Below, one piece after another: positions 1 through 10,062 of a DNA stretch of 64,000 nucleotides. How positions within the stretch are numbered: position 1 is the stretch's first letter; each line of letters opens with the position of its first letter. The position numbers and the translations under genes are program-made. Source of the DNA: Candidatus Norongarragalinales archaeon. Lineage in GTDB: Archaea > Micrarchaeota > Micrarchaeia > Norongarragalinales > Norongarragalinaceae. Below the pieces are notes generated by a model. It ran no database searches. It was not told the DNA's origin and worked only from the letters and a program-made list of their open reading frames with translations. The stretch covers positions 1 through 64,000 of the forward strand of contig JAWABJ010000001.1 in assembly GCA_038884755.1 (NCBI GenBank), written 5' to 3'.

Positions 1-4
1 CGTT

Positions 5-2476
5 TTGCCTGACGGGAGTTTTTGCGCTTCTTTGGAAACGCCGCAGGGTTGTGTTGGTGATTTGCCTTCGGATAAGTTGTGGTGTGGGGAGGTTGGAATT
101 CAAGTGCAAACTCATAGTTCTCCTTCACCCAGCGTATTTCCTTCGACTTCACCAAGTCCTTCAGCGAGCCCGTCTCCTTCTGCTTCTCCAAATCCCGACT
201 CAGATTCTGATGGAGACGGTATTCTGGACTCCGTAGACAATTGTCCTTTTGTTTACAATCCCGATCAAATGGATTTGGACGATAATGGAATTGGTGACGC
301 TTGCGATTCTACTACAATCTTCTACGTTTCTCCCGAAGGCAGCGATTTTAACGAAGGAACTCTTGAGTTTCCGTTTCAAACTTTGACTAAAGCCCAGTCT
401 GCAGTTCGCGAGGAAATAAGTTCTGGAATGAATGGAAATGTTGTAGTGGTGTTGCGCGAGGGTTTTTACAACCAAGCTTATGAGTTGGCGTTCAGTTCTG
501 CAGATTCCGGAAGGAACGGTTTTCGAGTGATTTGGAGGAACTATCCCGGCGAGATTCCAGTAATCCGGGGAAGCACTTCAATCGAGAGTTTCTCTCCGTC
601 GAGGCAACCTGGAGTTTTTGAAGCTTCCATAGCCCCTTCGGTTTTTGCTAACGGTAGGCTAGTGTTGTTTTGGAACGGAAGGCTTTTGGAACCAGCCCGT
701 TATCCTAACGCAGTATCTCCCAACTTCAACAATCCCGATCCGTGGTCGGGTTCTTATTTGAAAGCCAGCGCCGCGAGCAAGATACTTAGCAAGAATGTTT
801 CTTTCACTCCAGGTTCGATAGACACTTCGGGTTGGGTTTACGACAATGCGCAGATTGTAATTTGGACGGGCTACAACTACTGGGCTGGTTTTGGAAACGT
901 GGAGACTGTAAACCCGCAGACCGGAAACATTACGGTTTTTTCTTGGAGTCCTGGTGCTTTTTACGACTTGATTGAAGGCAATCGTTTTTACTTGCAGGGT
1001 ATAGGTGCCGAACTAGATGTTCCCGGCGAATGGTATTACGACTTGCAGTTTTCCAAACTCTTTGTTTACCCGCCTTCCCCGTTCGTTTCGGGAGACAGGG
1101 CTTCGGTGCCGATAGTCGAACGCGCGTTTTCCTTCGACGGTACAATGAACTTCGAGTTGAACGGGCTTTCAATCCAAGAATTTCAGGTTGACGGCATTAG
1201 TATGGTTAATGTTGGCAACATGACGGTGCGCAACTGCGAAATCAGCAACATTGCCGTTAACGACAATCATTTTCTGGGTTCGCCTAGGATTGACGGAAAT
1301 GGAATAACCGCGTATTCCGATTCGAAGGGAGATGATAATTTCGAAAACATTCTCATAGACAACAACATAATTCACGATGTTGGAAACAACGGGATTTTGT
1401 TGTCCAGCGGTTCTACCACTTACTCTCCCGGACAGGCCCGCTTGAATGAAGTTTATCACTTTAAAACCCTGAAGCCAACGAACAACAGCGTAACCCGGAA
1501 TACCATATACCGCGCGAGTTTGCTTACGCGCTCCGGAACGGGCGTGTTCTTGCGTTCGGTTGGAGGGCTGGTAGCCAATAACACTATTTTTGAAATGCCT
1601 CGAAGCGCAGTGGGTGCGCAGGGTAACGACAACGTTTTCGAATTTAATCACTTTTACGACTTGAATCGCGAAACTCAGGATTCGGGCGGAATTTACTTGA
1701 TATCGAGAAGCTGGCTATACCGAAACAACACCCTGCGCCACAATTTCATTCACGATACCGGCGGTTATTTCTACAATTCTTCAATCAAGTCCTACCAGTA
1801 TCCCTACCAATCGTGGGGATTTTACCCTGACGATTATTCCAGTCAAACTTACGTTCACGACAACGTTGTCGCCAGGGCGCCTAACGGGTTGGCGCAAGTT
1901 CATGCCGGAAGAGACAATTGGGTTTACGACAACGTGAATTCGCAAAGCATAACGCATCAATTGTATGCTCAGGGAGAATGGAATTCCGAACATCAGTTGT
2001 CTTTGCAGAGCATGTGGAACGAACTGCAAATGATGGGTTCTTGGGGTTTCAATTCTCAGAAATACTATTCGAAATACCCCGAATTATCTACTATCCCAAG
2101 CCCTGAAATAATGAATCAAGACAACGTTTACGCCAACAATTCTTTCGAGAGAAACATATTCTATTTCACCGCGCATCCGGATTCTTACGCTTACTTCGTA
2201 AGGTTCTTTTTGAATTCCCCGGGTTCGAAGTTTTCAAAGAACGTGATTTGGAACGGAGTTGGCGAATCTTCGTTGAAAGTGCAAGATCCTGAAGCTCCTC
2301 TCAATGGAGGCAGCAGCGGGTATTACACTTGGGCGTTTTGGACTTCTCGGGGTTTCGATTCTGATTCTTTGGTTGCAGACCCGTTGTTCGTAGACCCTAC
2401 TAGCGACAATTATTTCCTCCAGCCCGAGTCGCCCGCGTGGGCGCTCGGCCATCACAACATCATAGTTCCCCGTTGA
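5..2476 (+). CDS. Large surface/secreted protein (5'-truncated): Ser/Pro linker, thrombospondin type-3 Ca-binding repeat, right-handed beta-helix (GH141/pectin-lyase-like)
   Basis: SPSPS linker; DSDGDGILDSVDNCP...DQMDLDDNGIGDACD; FYVSPEGSD..GT..FPFQT; ARYPN and ELDVPGEWYYD; Asn-rich beta-helix repeats. Confidence 0.75.
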   Translation: MPDGSFCASLETPQGCVGDLPSDKLWCGEVGIQVQTHSSPSPSVFPSTSPSPSASPSPSASPNPDSDSDGDGILDSVDNCPFVYNPDQMDLDDNGIGDACDSTTIFYVSPEGSDFNEGTLEFPFQTLTKAQSAVREEISSGMNGNVVVVLREGFYNQAYELAFSSADSGRNGFRVIWRNYPGEIPVIRGSTSIESFSPSRQPGVFEASIAPSVFANGRLVLFWNGRLLEPARYPNAVSPNFNNPDPWSGSYLKASAASKILSKNVSFTPGSIDTSGWVYDNAQIVIWTGYNYWAGFGNVETVNPQTGNITVFSWSPGAFYDLIEGNRFYLQGIGAELDVPGEWYYDLQFSKLFVYPPSPFVSGDRASVPIVERAFSFDGTMNFELNGLSIQEFQVDGISMVNVGNMTVRNCEISNIAVNDNHFLGSPRIDGNGITAYSDSKGDDNFENILIDNNIIHDVGNNGILLSSGSTTYSPGQARLNEVYHFKTLKPTNNSVTRNTIYRASLLTRSGTGVFLRSVGGLVANNTIFEMPRSAVGAQGNDNVFEFNHFYDLNRETQDSGGIYLISRSWLYRNNTLRHNFIHDTGGYFYNSSIKSYQYPYQSWGFYPDDYSSQTYVHDNVVARAPNGLAQVHAGRDNWVYDNVNSQSITHQLYAQGEWNSEHQLSLQSMWNELQMMGSWGFNSQKYYSKYPELSTIPSPEIMNQDNVYANNSFERNIFYFTAHPDSYAYFVRFFLNSPGSKFSKNVIWNGVGESSLKVQDPEAPLNGGSSGYYTWAFWTSRGFDSDSLVADPLFVDPTSDNYFLQPESPAWALGHHNIIVPR

Positions 2477-2477
2477 T

Positions 2478-4388
2478 TCAGAAGACGGGCCTCTTGCTTA
2501 AATGCTCGCTTAACGAAAGCCTTTCGAAAGGCTTTCCGGCGGTTTCTTTTTCCACGATCGAAACCAGTTGTTGTAGTTTCATCGTCTCCTGCTTTCCGCT
2601 AGAGCGCAAGCGAACCGAAAGTTCTCCGCTTTTAACTTCCTTGTCGCCGACGATGCAGACGAACGGAACCCATTCTTTTTCCGCATCCCTGATTTTTTTT
2701 TGGAAGGTTTCGCCGCGGTCGTCGAAATCCGCGCGGACTTTGCAGTTGCGCAATTCCTCCAAAACTTTTTCGCAATACTCCTTGTGCGAATCGCTTATCG
2801 GAATCAGGCGTATTTGCGTGGGCGAAAGCCACAACGGGAACGCCGGTGTTTTGCCTTGCTTTATGGCTGCAGCCTCGCGTTCGAGCAGCGCGAACAGCAC
2901 GCGGTCTACTGCGCCCGGAATCGAAGCATGCAATATGAGCGGGTATTGCCTTTGCCCTTTCTCGTCCGTAAACGTGATGTCGAAGCGCTCGCCGTTCTCG
3001 ACGTCTATCTGCACTGTTGACATGCCTGCCGCCTTTGCGTTGTTGTCGATGAAGTTGAACTCGAATTTGGTTATGAAATACGCGTAGCGCAGGTCGAAGA
3101 GCTCGACCATGATGGGCTTTCCGATTTTCTTGACCATGCGCAAATACCAGCCCTTGTTTTCGTTGAAAAAGTCTTTCTGCACGCGGAAAGTCGCCTCGAT
3201 CGGGATTTGCAAGTCCTTGTTCCACTCGAGGCAAAGCTCGTACTGCCTTTCGAACTCTTTTTTTGCCTGTTCGAAATCGGCGCAGAGGGTGTGCATATCG
3301 GGCATTGTGAATGCCCTCAAGCGCTTTAGCCCCGCAAGCTCGCCGCTTTGTTCCCTGCGGAAGGAATAGTGCGTGATTTCGTAAATTTGCATGGGCAGGT
3401 TTTTGTAGGAAATCGTCAGGTCGTGCGCGAAGAGGAAGCCCCCGAAACACGCGGCAAACCGGAGAAAGAATTCTTTCTCGTCGCTTTTCACTACATATTG
3501 TCTTGCGGGAAAGCGGTTGAGGTAGCTCTTGAGCGCCGGGTGCCGGTAGTCGTACATTATGGGCGTTTCCACTTGCAGCGCGCCGTAACCAACGCAGATG
3601 TCCGTAACCGCCTTTTCCAGCATGCGTTTCATGAGCAACCCCTTAGGCATCCACCGCATGTTTCCAGAGTCGCTCGCCGGCTCGTATGCGACTAAGTGGT
3701 GTTCTTTCATGAGCTTTACGTGCGGGGGCTCTTCTGCATAGCTGCGGACTTTCTTGATTTCGTAGTCGGCGAGTGCTTTCAGCATGGGGTTGTTCTTGAA
3801 ATTGTATTTTTCGGCGGGAGTGAGCGTTCCGTCGGTGTCGAGTATCATGAATTCGCTTTTCATTTTCGCCTCTTGCTTTATCGAATCGCTGAGCGGCTCT
3901 TCCTGGGTCTTGGTGTTTTCTATTACCGCGGTTTTTGCTCCCAGATTTTCGGCTGTTTTCTCGAGGGTTTCGCTGGTTATGGTCTTGCTTAACTCGGCGA
4001 GAGGGTGGCCTTTGCACTTGAGCTCGAATTCCTTGTAATAGCCGAAAGGCGCTTTTTGCGATTCTGGGGCGTAAACGCGCGTAAGCTGCAAGAACTTGTC
4101 GAGAAGCTTGACCGCCTCGTCGGGCTTGGCGAGGTTGTTTGAAAGGTGGGCGTAAGGATAGACTAAAACAGCTCTTGCTTTCACTTCCTTGTAGTTTTTC
4201 TCGACTTCGCGCGCGGCTTGCTCCAACACCGCAGTGTCATCGCCTACTTCGAATGAACTCATGACCAGCAAAACGTTTTTCATTTCCAGGCCTTTCTTTT
4301 CCTCTTCGCTCAGCTCGCCTATGCTTTTCAAAGCTTTCGAAACGGGCTTGAACCTGACGTAATCGCAGTGCAATTCTAGAATTCGCAT
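2478..4388 (-). CDS. thrS: Threonyl-tRNA synthetase, archaeal type with N-terminal editing domain
   Basis: MRILELHCDY start, YPYAHLS, PFGYYK.F...CKGHPLAELS, FRREQSGEL, MPDMH, anticodon-binding domain; start trimmed from the ORF track. Confidence 0.97.
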   Translation of the reverse strand: MRILELHCDYVRFKPVSKALKSIGELSEEEKKGLEMKNVLLVMSSFEVGDDTAVLEQAAREVEKNYKEVKARAVLVYPYAHLSNNLAKPDEAVKLLDKFLQLTRVYAPESQKAPFGYYKEFELKCKGHPLAELSKTITSETLEKTAENLGAKTAVIENTKTQEEPLSDSIKQEAKMKSEFMILDTDGTLTPAEKYNFKNNPMLKALADYEIKKVRSYAEEPPHVKLMKEHHLVAYEPASDSGNMRWMPKGLLMKRMLEKAVTDICVGYGALQVETPIMYDYRHPALKSYLNRFPARQYVVKSDEKEFFLRFAACFGGFLFAHDLTISYKNLPMQIYEITHYSFRREQSGELAGLKRLRAFTMPDMHTLCADFEQAKKEFERQYELCLEWNKDLQIPIEATFRVQKDFFNENKGWYLRMVKKIGKPIMVELFDLRYAYFITKFEFNFIDNNAKAAGMSTVQIDVENGERFDITFTDEKGQRQYPLILHASIPGAVDRVLFALLEREAAAIKQGKTPAFPLWLSPTQIRLIPISDSHKEYCEKVLEELRNCKVRADFDDRGETFQKKIRDAEKEWVPFVCIVGDKEVKSGELSVRLRSSGKQETMKLQQLVSIVEKETAGKPFERLSLSEHLSKRPVF

Positions 4389-4551
4389 AGAGTAGTTTTT
4401 GGAAGCAATCAATTTAAATGCGTTTTCGCAAGTGTTTTCATGCCTTTTTCCGGCTCGAGCAAGAAAGACTGCCCTTAACTGTTCCGGCAGCTTTAGCCAG
4501 TTTTTGCCGTGGCGCCTAGCACGGCGCGCCGCGTTTTCCGGTGGTTTTCGA

Positions 4552-5451
4552 GTGTTGGTTTTGGGGTTTGTTACTGCGTTTGCGACGGGATTTTTTTCGA
4601 AGCTTACTGACGTGCAGGTGGACGAAAAAAGGTTTTTCTTGAAAAACCTCAAGTTTGCAACCGGGTTGGCATATGGGATTTTGTTTGCGTTCGCAATGTC
4701 TTTGGGACCGGCTTTTGCGAACCTGTTTTTGGGAATCGCGATAGCTGTTTTGCTTGCCGGCAAGGTCAATTCGAAAGCGCACCAGTTTGCAGTCGCAGGT
4801 TTTTTGGGCTCGCTGGTTTTCCTCGGCTTTCCGCGAGCCGATGCGTTGCTGGTTTCGGCTTTCGTTTTGTTTGCGTTGCTGGACGAGTTTTTGAACGACT
4901 ATTTCGACCTCTACCCTTCGAAAGGCGCGGTAGCGCTTTTTGCAAAGCGGAGGCTTTCGCTGGAAGTTTTTTCGCTTGCCTTGAGCGTTTTCACGGGCGA
5001 GTGGGCTTACCTCGCGGCGGTCTTGTCTTTCGACGCCGGGTATTGGCTTGCCGAACGCGCGGCGCGCAAGCTCGCCTTGCGGGCCGTGGGCGCGTTCGGA
5101 ACGCACCTGGTCCTGGACTTGGGCGACTGTCCTTCCGCAAAGCTCTCGAGCAGGAATTTCGTGCTTTCGTTCCTGAATGAAATTCCCCGCGATTTGGGGT
5201 TGCGAGCAATAAGCCGGCCCGTAGTAAAAGAGGTCAAAACGCGCTACGACGAGGGGCTGTCGGGCTTCGTGATGGTCGCCGAATCCCACGTAAGCGTGCA
5301 CACTTTCCCGAAATTCCACTCGGCGCACATCGACGTTTTTTCCTGCAAGCCTTTCGACGTCAGCGCGGCGAAGGGCAAAATCGAACGGAAGTTTTCGGCG
5401 AAACGCGCGGGCTTCCGCGTTATCGAAAGGATGGGTGAGAATAATGGTTGA
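4552..5451 (+). CDS. Multi-pass membrane domain fused to a C-terminal pyruvoyl-dependent SpeD/AdoMetDC-family decarboxylase
   Basis: Hydrophobic N-terminal about 180 aa, then GTHLVLDLGDC...GLSGFVMVAESHVSVHTFP...IDVFSCKPFD; GTG start after GGTGGT. Confidence 0.85.
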   Translation: MLVLGFVTAFATGFFSKLTDVQVDEKRFFLKNLKFATGLAYGILFAFAMSLGPAFANLFLGIAIAVLLAGKVNSKAHQFAVAGFLGSLVFLGFPRADALLVSAFVLFALLDEFLNDYFDLYPSKGAVALFAKRRLSLEVFSLALSVFTGEWAYLAAVLSFDAGYWLAERAARKLALRAVGAFGTHLVLDLGDCPSAKLSSRNFVLSFLNEIPRDLGLRAISRPVVKEVKTRYDEGLSGFVMVAESHVSVHTFPKFHSAHIDVFSCKPFDVSAAKGKIERKFSAKRAGFRVIERMGENNG

Positions 5452-6361
5452 AGAAGTCAAGGGGTTTGGCGTGCGCAAGGGCATTTCCGCTGAAGGGCTG
5501 GTGGGGCAGATGCGTTTCGCAGGGCTTCAGGCGAGCGAGCTGGGCAAGGCAGTCGAAGTCGTGAGGGAAATGAAGCGGCAGAAAGCGACCGTTTTTTTGA
5601 CGTTTACTTCCAACATGGTTTCTTCCGGGCTGCGCGAGTTGTTTGCGCACTTGTGCAGAGAGAAATTTGTTGACGCAATAATTACGAGTATAGGGAGCGT
5701 AGAAGAAGACGTCATAAAAACGAGAAAACAGTTTTTGCTCGGAAGTTTCGATTTGGACGATGGGCAATTGCACAAGAAAGGCATTAACCGCATTGGAAAC
5801 ATTCTCGTTCCGAACGACCGTTATTTGCTTTTGGAAGAAATGCTCAAACCGTTTTTCTCGAAAGAGTTTTCAAAACAAAAGAGAATTGGCCGGTTGCTTT
5901 CGCCTAGTGAAATCATTTTTGATTTGGGAACGTATTTTAAGGACAAAAACTCTTTCGTACACCAGTGTGCTAAAAACAACATTCCAATCTTCTGTCCCGC
6001 TCCTACTGACGGGGCTTTCGGGCTGCAGTTTTTCTTTTTCAAGCAAGACAACCCCGCGTTTGGGATTGACGTTACTGGCGATATGCAAAGGCTTTCGCAA
6101 ATGGTTTTGCTTTCACGCAAGACTGGCGGGATTATTTTGGGTGGCGGGTTTGCGAAACACCACGCGATAGGCGCGAACATACTTCGCGGGGGTTTTGACT
6201 ACGCGGTCTACGTGTGCACTGCAAGCGAGTTCGACGGGTCGCTGAGCGGGGCGAAGACGCGCGAGGCGGTGTCTTGGGGCAAAATAAAAGAAAAAGCCAG
6301 GACTGCGCACGTCGAGTGCGACGCTTCGATCGCGTTTCCGCTCGTAGTTTCCGCGCTTTAG
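5444..6361 (+). CDS. dys: Deoxyhypusine synthase
   Basis: FTSNMVSSGLR, INRIGNI, GGGFAKHH, DGSLSGA..REAVSWGK containing the catalytic Lys. Confidence 0.95.
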   Translation: MVEEVKGFGVRKGISAEGLVGQMRFAGLQASELGKAVEVVREMKRQKATVFLTFTSNMVSSGLRELFAHLCREKFVDAIITSIGSVEEDVIKTRKQFLLGSFDLDDGQLHKKGINRIGNILVPNDRYLLLEEMLKPFFSKEFSKQKRIGRLLSPSEIIFDLGTYFKDKNSFVHQCAKNNIPIFCPAPTDGAFGLQFFFFKQDNPAFGIDVTGDMQRLSQMVLLSRKTGGIILGGGFAKHHAIGANILRGGFDYAVYVCTASEFDGSLSGAKTREAVSWGKIKEKARTAHVECDASIAFPLVVSAL

Positions 6362-6431
6362 GTTTTGCTGCATGCTTTAAAAGCTCACTCGCAGAATTAG
6401 TTTTCGTGGTATCGTGGCGGGTGTCGGCTTG

Positions 6432-7748
6432 ATGCTTGAGCAATACTTGTTCATGGGACTTTTTATAGGCGGGCTTTTGGGCTTTGTTTTGACTTTCACC
6501 AGGCGCCGCAAGAAGACTTTTCTTTTCGAGCTTGCGATTGCGTTGGGCTTGATGGTGATAGGCACTTTCGGCCCAACCATTTTCAATCTACCTCCCACTC
6601 CTTACGTTCTAGTTCCGGCTTTTCACTTTGCGGATTCCGACGATTCTGTGGGGGCGATTAGCGACGTCTTTTCCGGTTCGAAAGTTTCTATCGACAGTTC
6701 GGTGAACGGAGCGCCCGTGGTTGTGTCTTCCGGCGCGAGCGTGCAAGTTAAAGACTCTTTAAACAACATTCCCATAGTGGCTGCTGATGTTACTGCTGTA
6801 GACCTCGCTTCCGGCAGGAGCATTACCGTAAAAACTAATTCTTTTGGGATAGTTCCAGTGAAAGTCTTGATTTCCGGGCTTGATGTTGGGAAGGAAACGC
6901 CGACCCCGTCTGCGACGGTCTCGCCTTCCGGAACGCCTGAAGAGGCAGAGCCTACTACCGCGCCGCAGGACATAGTCATCACTGCAACCACCCCCTCTTC
7001 CACTGCCGAGCAGAAGATTACTGTCGATGACAACAATCCGAACGCGGTCGAGAAGGTTGACGTGAGGGTCGACGTGCTGCCGCCTTTGTCGCAATCGTTC
7101 TTGTCCGAAACCCCGATACAATCTGTTTCCGGAGGCGTGCTTTCGGCCGCGTTGAATTCTCCTGTTTTGGTTCCGATAACGCCTTCCGGCGTGTTCGCCC
7201 CGCCTTCGGCTTTTGAAGCGCCTGGCACGAGAAACAGGCTGGAGTTCGTGAGGGAACTGCGGGTGGTGCAAGTGGTCAGGGACGGGCAAGTGGGTTTCTT
7301 GAGCACGCTTGAAGTGAGGATTACCAACAACGGTCCCGATGAAATCAGGGACTTGATTGTCGAGGAGGACTTTCAAGAGCTTTACGAGAGGATTCGTGAG
7401 CACAGGCGGTTGAGGGGAGCGCCCAGGGCTGTGATTGAGGAAGAGATAGAGCTTGTTGGTTCGAGCGAAACGCCGATAGAGTTGAAGAGCGGCGAATTCG
7501 CGCGCTGGCTTTTCTCCAGCGTTGGGCCGGGAGAGGAAGTGAAAGTTTCTTACACGGTGGACACCGCCGTTGACGAGAGCGTGGTCCAGAGGCTTCCGGC
7601 GCCGGTCGCCTTGGCAGTTTCCAACGAGCCTTTGAAAGTGGTTGTGAAGCAAGAGTCTTCTTTTGACACTACCGCGGTGATAGGGCTGGTTTTGGCTTCG
7701 GCGTTGGTTTTAGCCATTGCGCTTTTCTTTGTGCGCAGGCCCCAGTAA
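6432..7748 (+). CDS. Membrane-anchored extracellular protein (N-terminal TM helices, Pro/Thr linker, Ig-like C-terminal domain, C-terminal anchor)
   Basis: Two N-terminal hydrophobic helices, TPTPSATVSP linker, C-terminal TM followed by RR. Confidence 0.7.
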   Translation: MLEQYLFMGLFIGGLLGFVLTFTRRRKKTFLFELAIALGLMVIGTFGPTIFNLPPTPYVLVPAFHFADSDDSVGAISDVFSGSKVSIDSSVNGAPVVVSSGASVQVKDSLNNIPIVAADVTAVDLASGRSITVKTNSFGIVPVKVLISGLDVGKETPTPSATVSPSGTPEEAEPTTAPQDIVITATTPSSTAEQKITVDDNNPNAVEKVDVRVDVLPPLSQSFLSETPIQSVSGGVLSAALNSPVLVPITPSGVFAPPSAFEAPGTRNRLEFVRELRVVQVVRDGQVGFLSTLEVRITNNGPDEIRDLIVEEDFQELYERIREHRRLRGAPRAVIEEEIELVGSSETPIELKSGEFARWLFSSVGPGEEVKVSYTVDTAVDESVVQRLPAPVALAVSNEPLKVVVKQESSFDTTAVIGLVLASALVLAIALFFVRRPQ

Positions 7749-7754
7749 TATCTT

Positions 7755-8462
7755 TCAGGGCAACAAAAGTTTGAAGTAAATCCTTTTGTTTTTGGCGCCT
7801 TTGTTTTCCAAGCGCGTTATTTCGATTTTTCCGCACTCGCGCGTGTTTGCGACGTGCACTCCACCGTCCGCTTGAGTGTCCAGGCCGACTATTTCGACAA
7901 CGCGCAGTACGGGAATTGACGGGGGCAGCGCTCCTGCAAGCTTTACTATTCCCGGGGTTTTGAACGCTTCTTCCCGAGGTAGTTCATACACTTTCACTTC
8001 CGCGGCGCTCGCGAGCTTTTCGTTTGCTTTCGCAACAGTTTCGTCGAGCTTTTGCCTGTCGAAGTTTTCGAATGAAAAGTCGAAGCGGCTTTCGCCGGGT
8101 GCGATCGCGTTTCCGGTAATCAACGCCCCGTTTTCGTATGCCGCGGAGCCAAGCACGTGCGCGGCAGTGTGCATTCGCATTAGCGCATAACGTCTTTCCC
8201 AATCGATTTTGAGCGTGCAAACGTCGCCAGCGTTCAAGCCTTCAGAATCGACGTAATGGATTGCTTTTCCGTCTTTCTTCTTGACTTCAAGCACTTCGTA
8301 TGTTTTGCCTTTGCATTCGATTGCTCCCTTATCACTCGCGAGCCCTCCGCCTTGAGGGTAGAAAACCGTCTTGTCGAAAACTATTTCTTTTTCGTTCGCT
8401 TCGGCCACGCTCGCGCTGCTTTCTTTCAGGTAAGCGTCTTTCAAGCAAAGCAGTTCGGTCAT
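7755..8462 (-). CDS. alaXM: Alanyl-tRNA editing protein AlaX-M
   Basis: FYPQGGG, MRMHTAAH, DGGVHV zinc-editing motifs. Confidence 0.93.
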   Translation of the reverse strand: MTELLCLKDAYLKESSASVAEANEKEIVFDKTVFYPQGGGLASDKGAIECKGKTYEVLEVKKKDGKAIHYVDSEGLNAGDVCTLKIDWERRYALMRMHTAAHVLGSAAYENGALITGNAIAPGESRFDFSFENFDRQKLDETVAKANEKLASAAEVKVYELPREEAFKTPGIVKLAGALPPSIPVLRVVEIVGLDTQADGGVHVANTRECGKIEITRLENKGAKNKRIYFKLLLP

Positions 8463-8466
8463 CCCA

Positions 8467-9648
8467 TCAGCTTAGCACGTTGTTGACGAGCCACTCTCGG
8501 GCGAAAGGCTTCAAGTCTTCGTAGTTTTGCCCCACGCCTATGAATAGGATTGGTACGCGCAGGTCGTGCGCGATGCTGAACGCGGTTCCGCCTTTAGCGT
8601 CCGCGTCTAGTTTTGTAAGCACTAGGCCGTCCAAACCCACGCTCTCGTGGAATTTCCTCGCCTGTTCTATCAACGCGTGTCCTGCAACGCTTTCTCCCAC
8701 GAAAACCTTGAAGTCAGGTTGGATAACCCGGTTTATTTTTTCCATTTCTTTCACAAGATTATAGTTCGTCTCTTGCCTTCCCGCAGTGTCGATGAGCACG
8801 AAATCGATTTTTTCGGCTTTCGCGTGGGCAATCGCGTCGAACGCCACTGCAGCCGGGTCGGCGCCGTACTTGTGCTTGATTACGCGTATGCCGAGCTTTT
8901 CACCGTGGTGCGCGGCTTGTTCTATTGCCGCAGCACGAAAAGTGTCGCTTGCCGCTATTACGCTCGAAAGTCCTTTTTGTTTCAAGAGGAAAGCGATTTT
9001 GGCAATTGTGGTGGTTTTTCCAGCACCGTTCGGACCGAGGAACATTATTTTCACCGGTTTTTCCTTGCGTGACGCCCGCGCGATGAAGTCTTCGTCGTTT
9101 TGGAACAAGTCGAGCAAGGCCATGCGCACTTCGGCTTTGACGACGTCATTCGCGCTTCCGCGAGCGACTTGTTTTCCCACTATGCGTTTTCTCAAGTCTT
9201 CAATCAAAAACTCGGTAGTGTCGAGGGAGACGTCGCTTTCCAAAAGCGCGATGCGCAGGTCTTCGAACAGCGGCGCAACTTCCGCCTCGCCGATTGTAAT
9301 GCTGCCAGTGAACATTCCAGTTATTTTCTTTAGAAGCCCGACTTTCGGGGTCAGTTCTTTTTTTTCTTGCTTGGCTTCGAAGACCGGTTTCCTTTCGGGT
9401 TGCGTTGTCGTTTCCCGTTCCGCCGGTTCTTCGCGTTTGGGGGCTGGAAGCGGGTTTTCTGTTTTTTTCGGCTCGGGAGTTTTTTGCGTTTCTCCCAAAA
9501 CTTCTTTTTCCACCTCGCGTACTATTTCTTCTTCAACGGATTCTTTTTTTTCCGGGGCGGTTTCGGGCTTTTCGACATGGGCTTTTTCCTCTTTGCCTGT
9601 GACCTTGCTTATGAAGCCGGTGACTGCTTTTTTCAGGAAGCCGAACAT
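8467..9648 (-). CDS. ftsY: SRP receptor FtsY
   Basis: GPNGAGKTTT, DTFRAAA, DTAGR, TKLDADAKGG; acidic N-terminus. Confidence 0.97.
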   Translation of the reverse strand: MFGFLKKAVTGFISKVTGKEEKAHVEKPETAPEKKESVEEEIVREVEKEVLGETQKTPEPKKTENPLPAPKREEPAERETTTQPERKPVFEAKQEKKELTPKVGLLKKITGMFTGSITIGEAEVAPLFEDLRIALLESDVSLDTTEFLIEDLRKRIVGKQVARGSANDVVKAEVRMALLDLFQNDEDFIARASRKEKPVKIMFLGPNGAGKTTTIAKIAFLLKQKGLSSVIAASDTFRAAAIEQAAHHGEKLGIRVIKHKYGADPAAVAFDAIAHAKAEKIDFVLIDTAGRQETNYNLVKEMEKINRVIQPDFKVFVGESVAGHALIEQARKFHESVGLDGLVLTKLDADAKGGTAFSIAHDLRVPILFIGVGQNYEDLKPFAREWLVNNVLS

Positions 9649-9670
9649 TCCGCCTTCTCTCCCTTTTCGT

Positions 9671-10057
9671 TCATTTTTGCCGGGCTTTTTCGCTCAGCGC
9701 GACCATTGCCGAATTCAGTTCTTCCAGCTCTTCCTGGAGTTTTGACAACGCTTTTATGAAGCCGTCTTTTCGTTCCTGAAGCAGGGCTTTCGCCTCGTCG
9801 ACGGTTTTTTCGGCCATGACCCTCGCGCCTATTTCCACGATGACCGTTTTTGAAGCGGGTTTTGCTTTCACGAAAACCCCCGAGCCTATTGGGAAAAGGG
9901 TTTCGCCTTCCGCCAGGCTTTCCATCGCCTTTACTGCCGAGTCGCTTTCTTGGACGAAGGCCGCGAGCGAGCGCATTTGCCCTTGCACTTCCTCTGCCCT
10001 TTGCCTGTAAGCCTGCATTTCCAAAGCCATCCTCTGCATTTCTTGTTCTGAAGCCAT
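9671..10057 (-). CDS. pfdA: Prefoldin alpha subunit
   Basis: Coiled coil / two beta-hairpins (PIGSGVFV, IVEIGARV) / coiled coil; conserved position before ftsY. Confidence 0.93.
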   Translation of the reverse strand: MASEQEMQRMALEMQAYRQRAEEVQGQMRSLAAFVQESDSAVKAMESLAEGETLFPIGSGVFVKAKPASKTVIVEIGARVMAEKTVDEAKALLQERKDGFIKALSKLQEELEELNSAMVALSEKARQK

Positions 10058-10062
10058 GTGTT

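Noticed and set aside
115..200. Short TCTCC/TCACC-like repeats as a possible CRISPR or tandem DNA repeat
   Set aside because: They encode the Ser/Pro linker; no repeat-spacer structure
4389..4769. N-terminal extension of the 763-aa thrS ORF and the 4399 start of the fusion ORF
   Set aside because: ThrRS homology begins at MRILELH (4388); the extensions overlap each other across a divergent promoter gap
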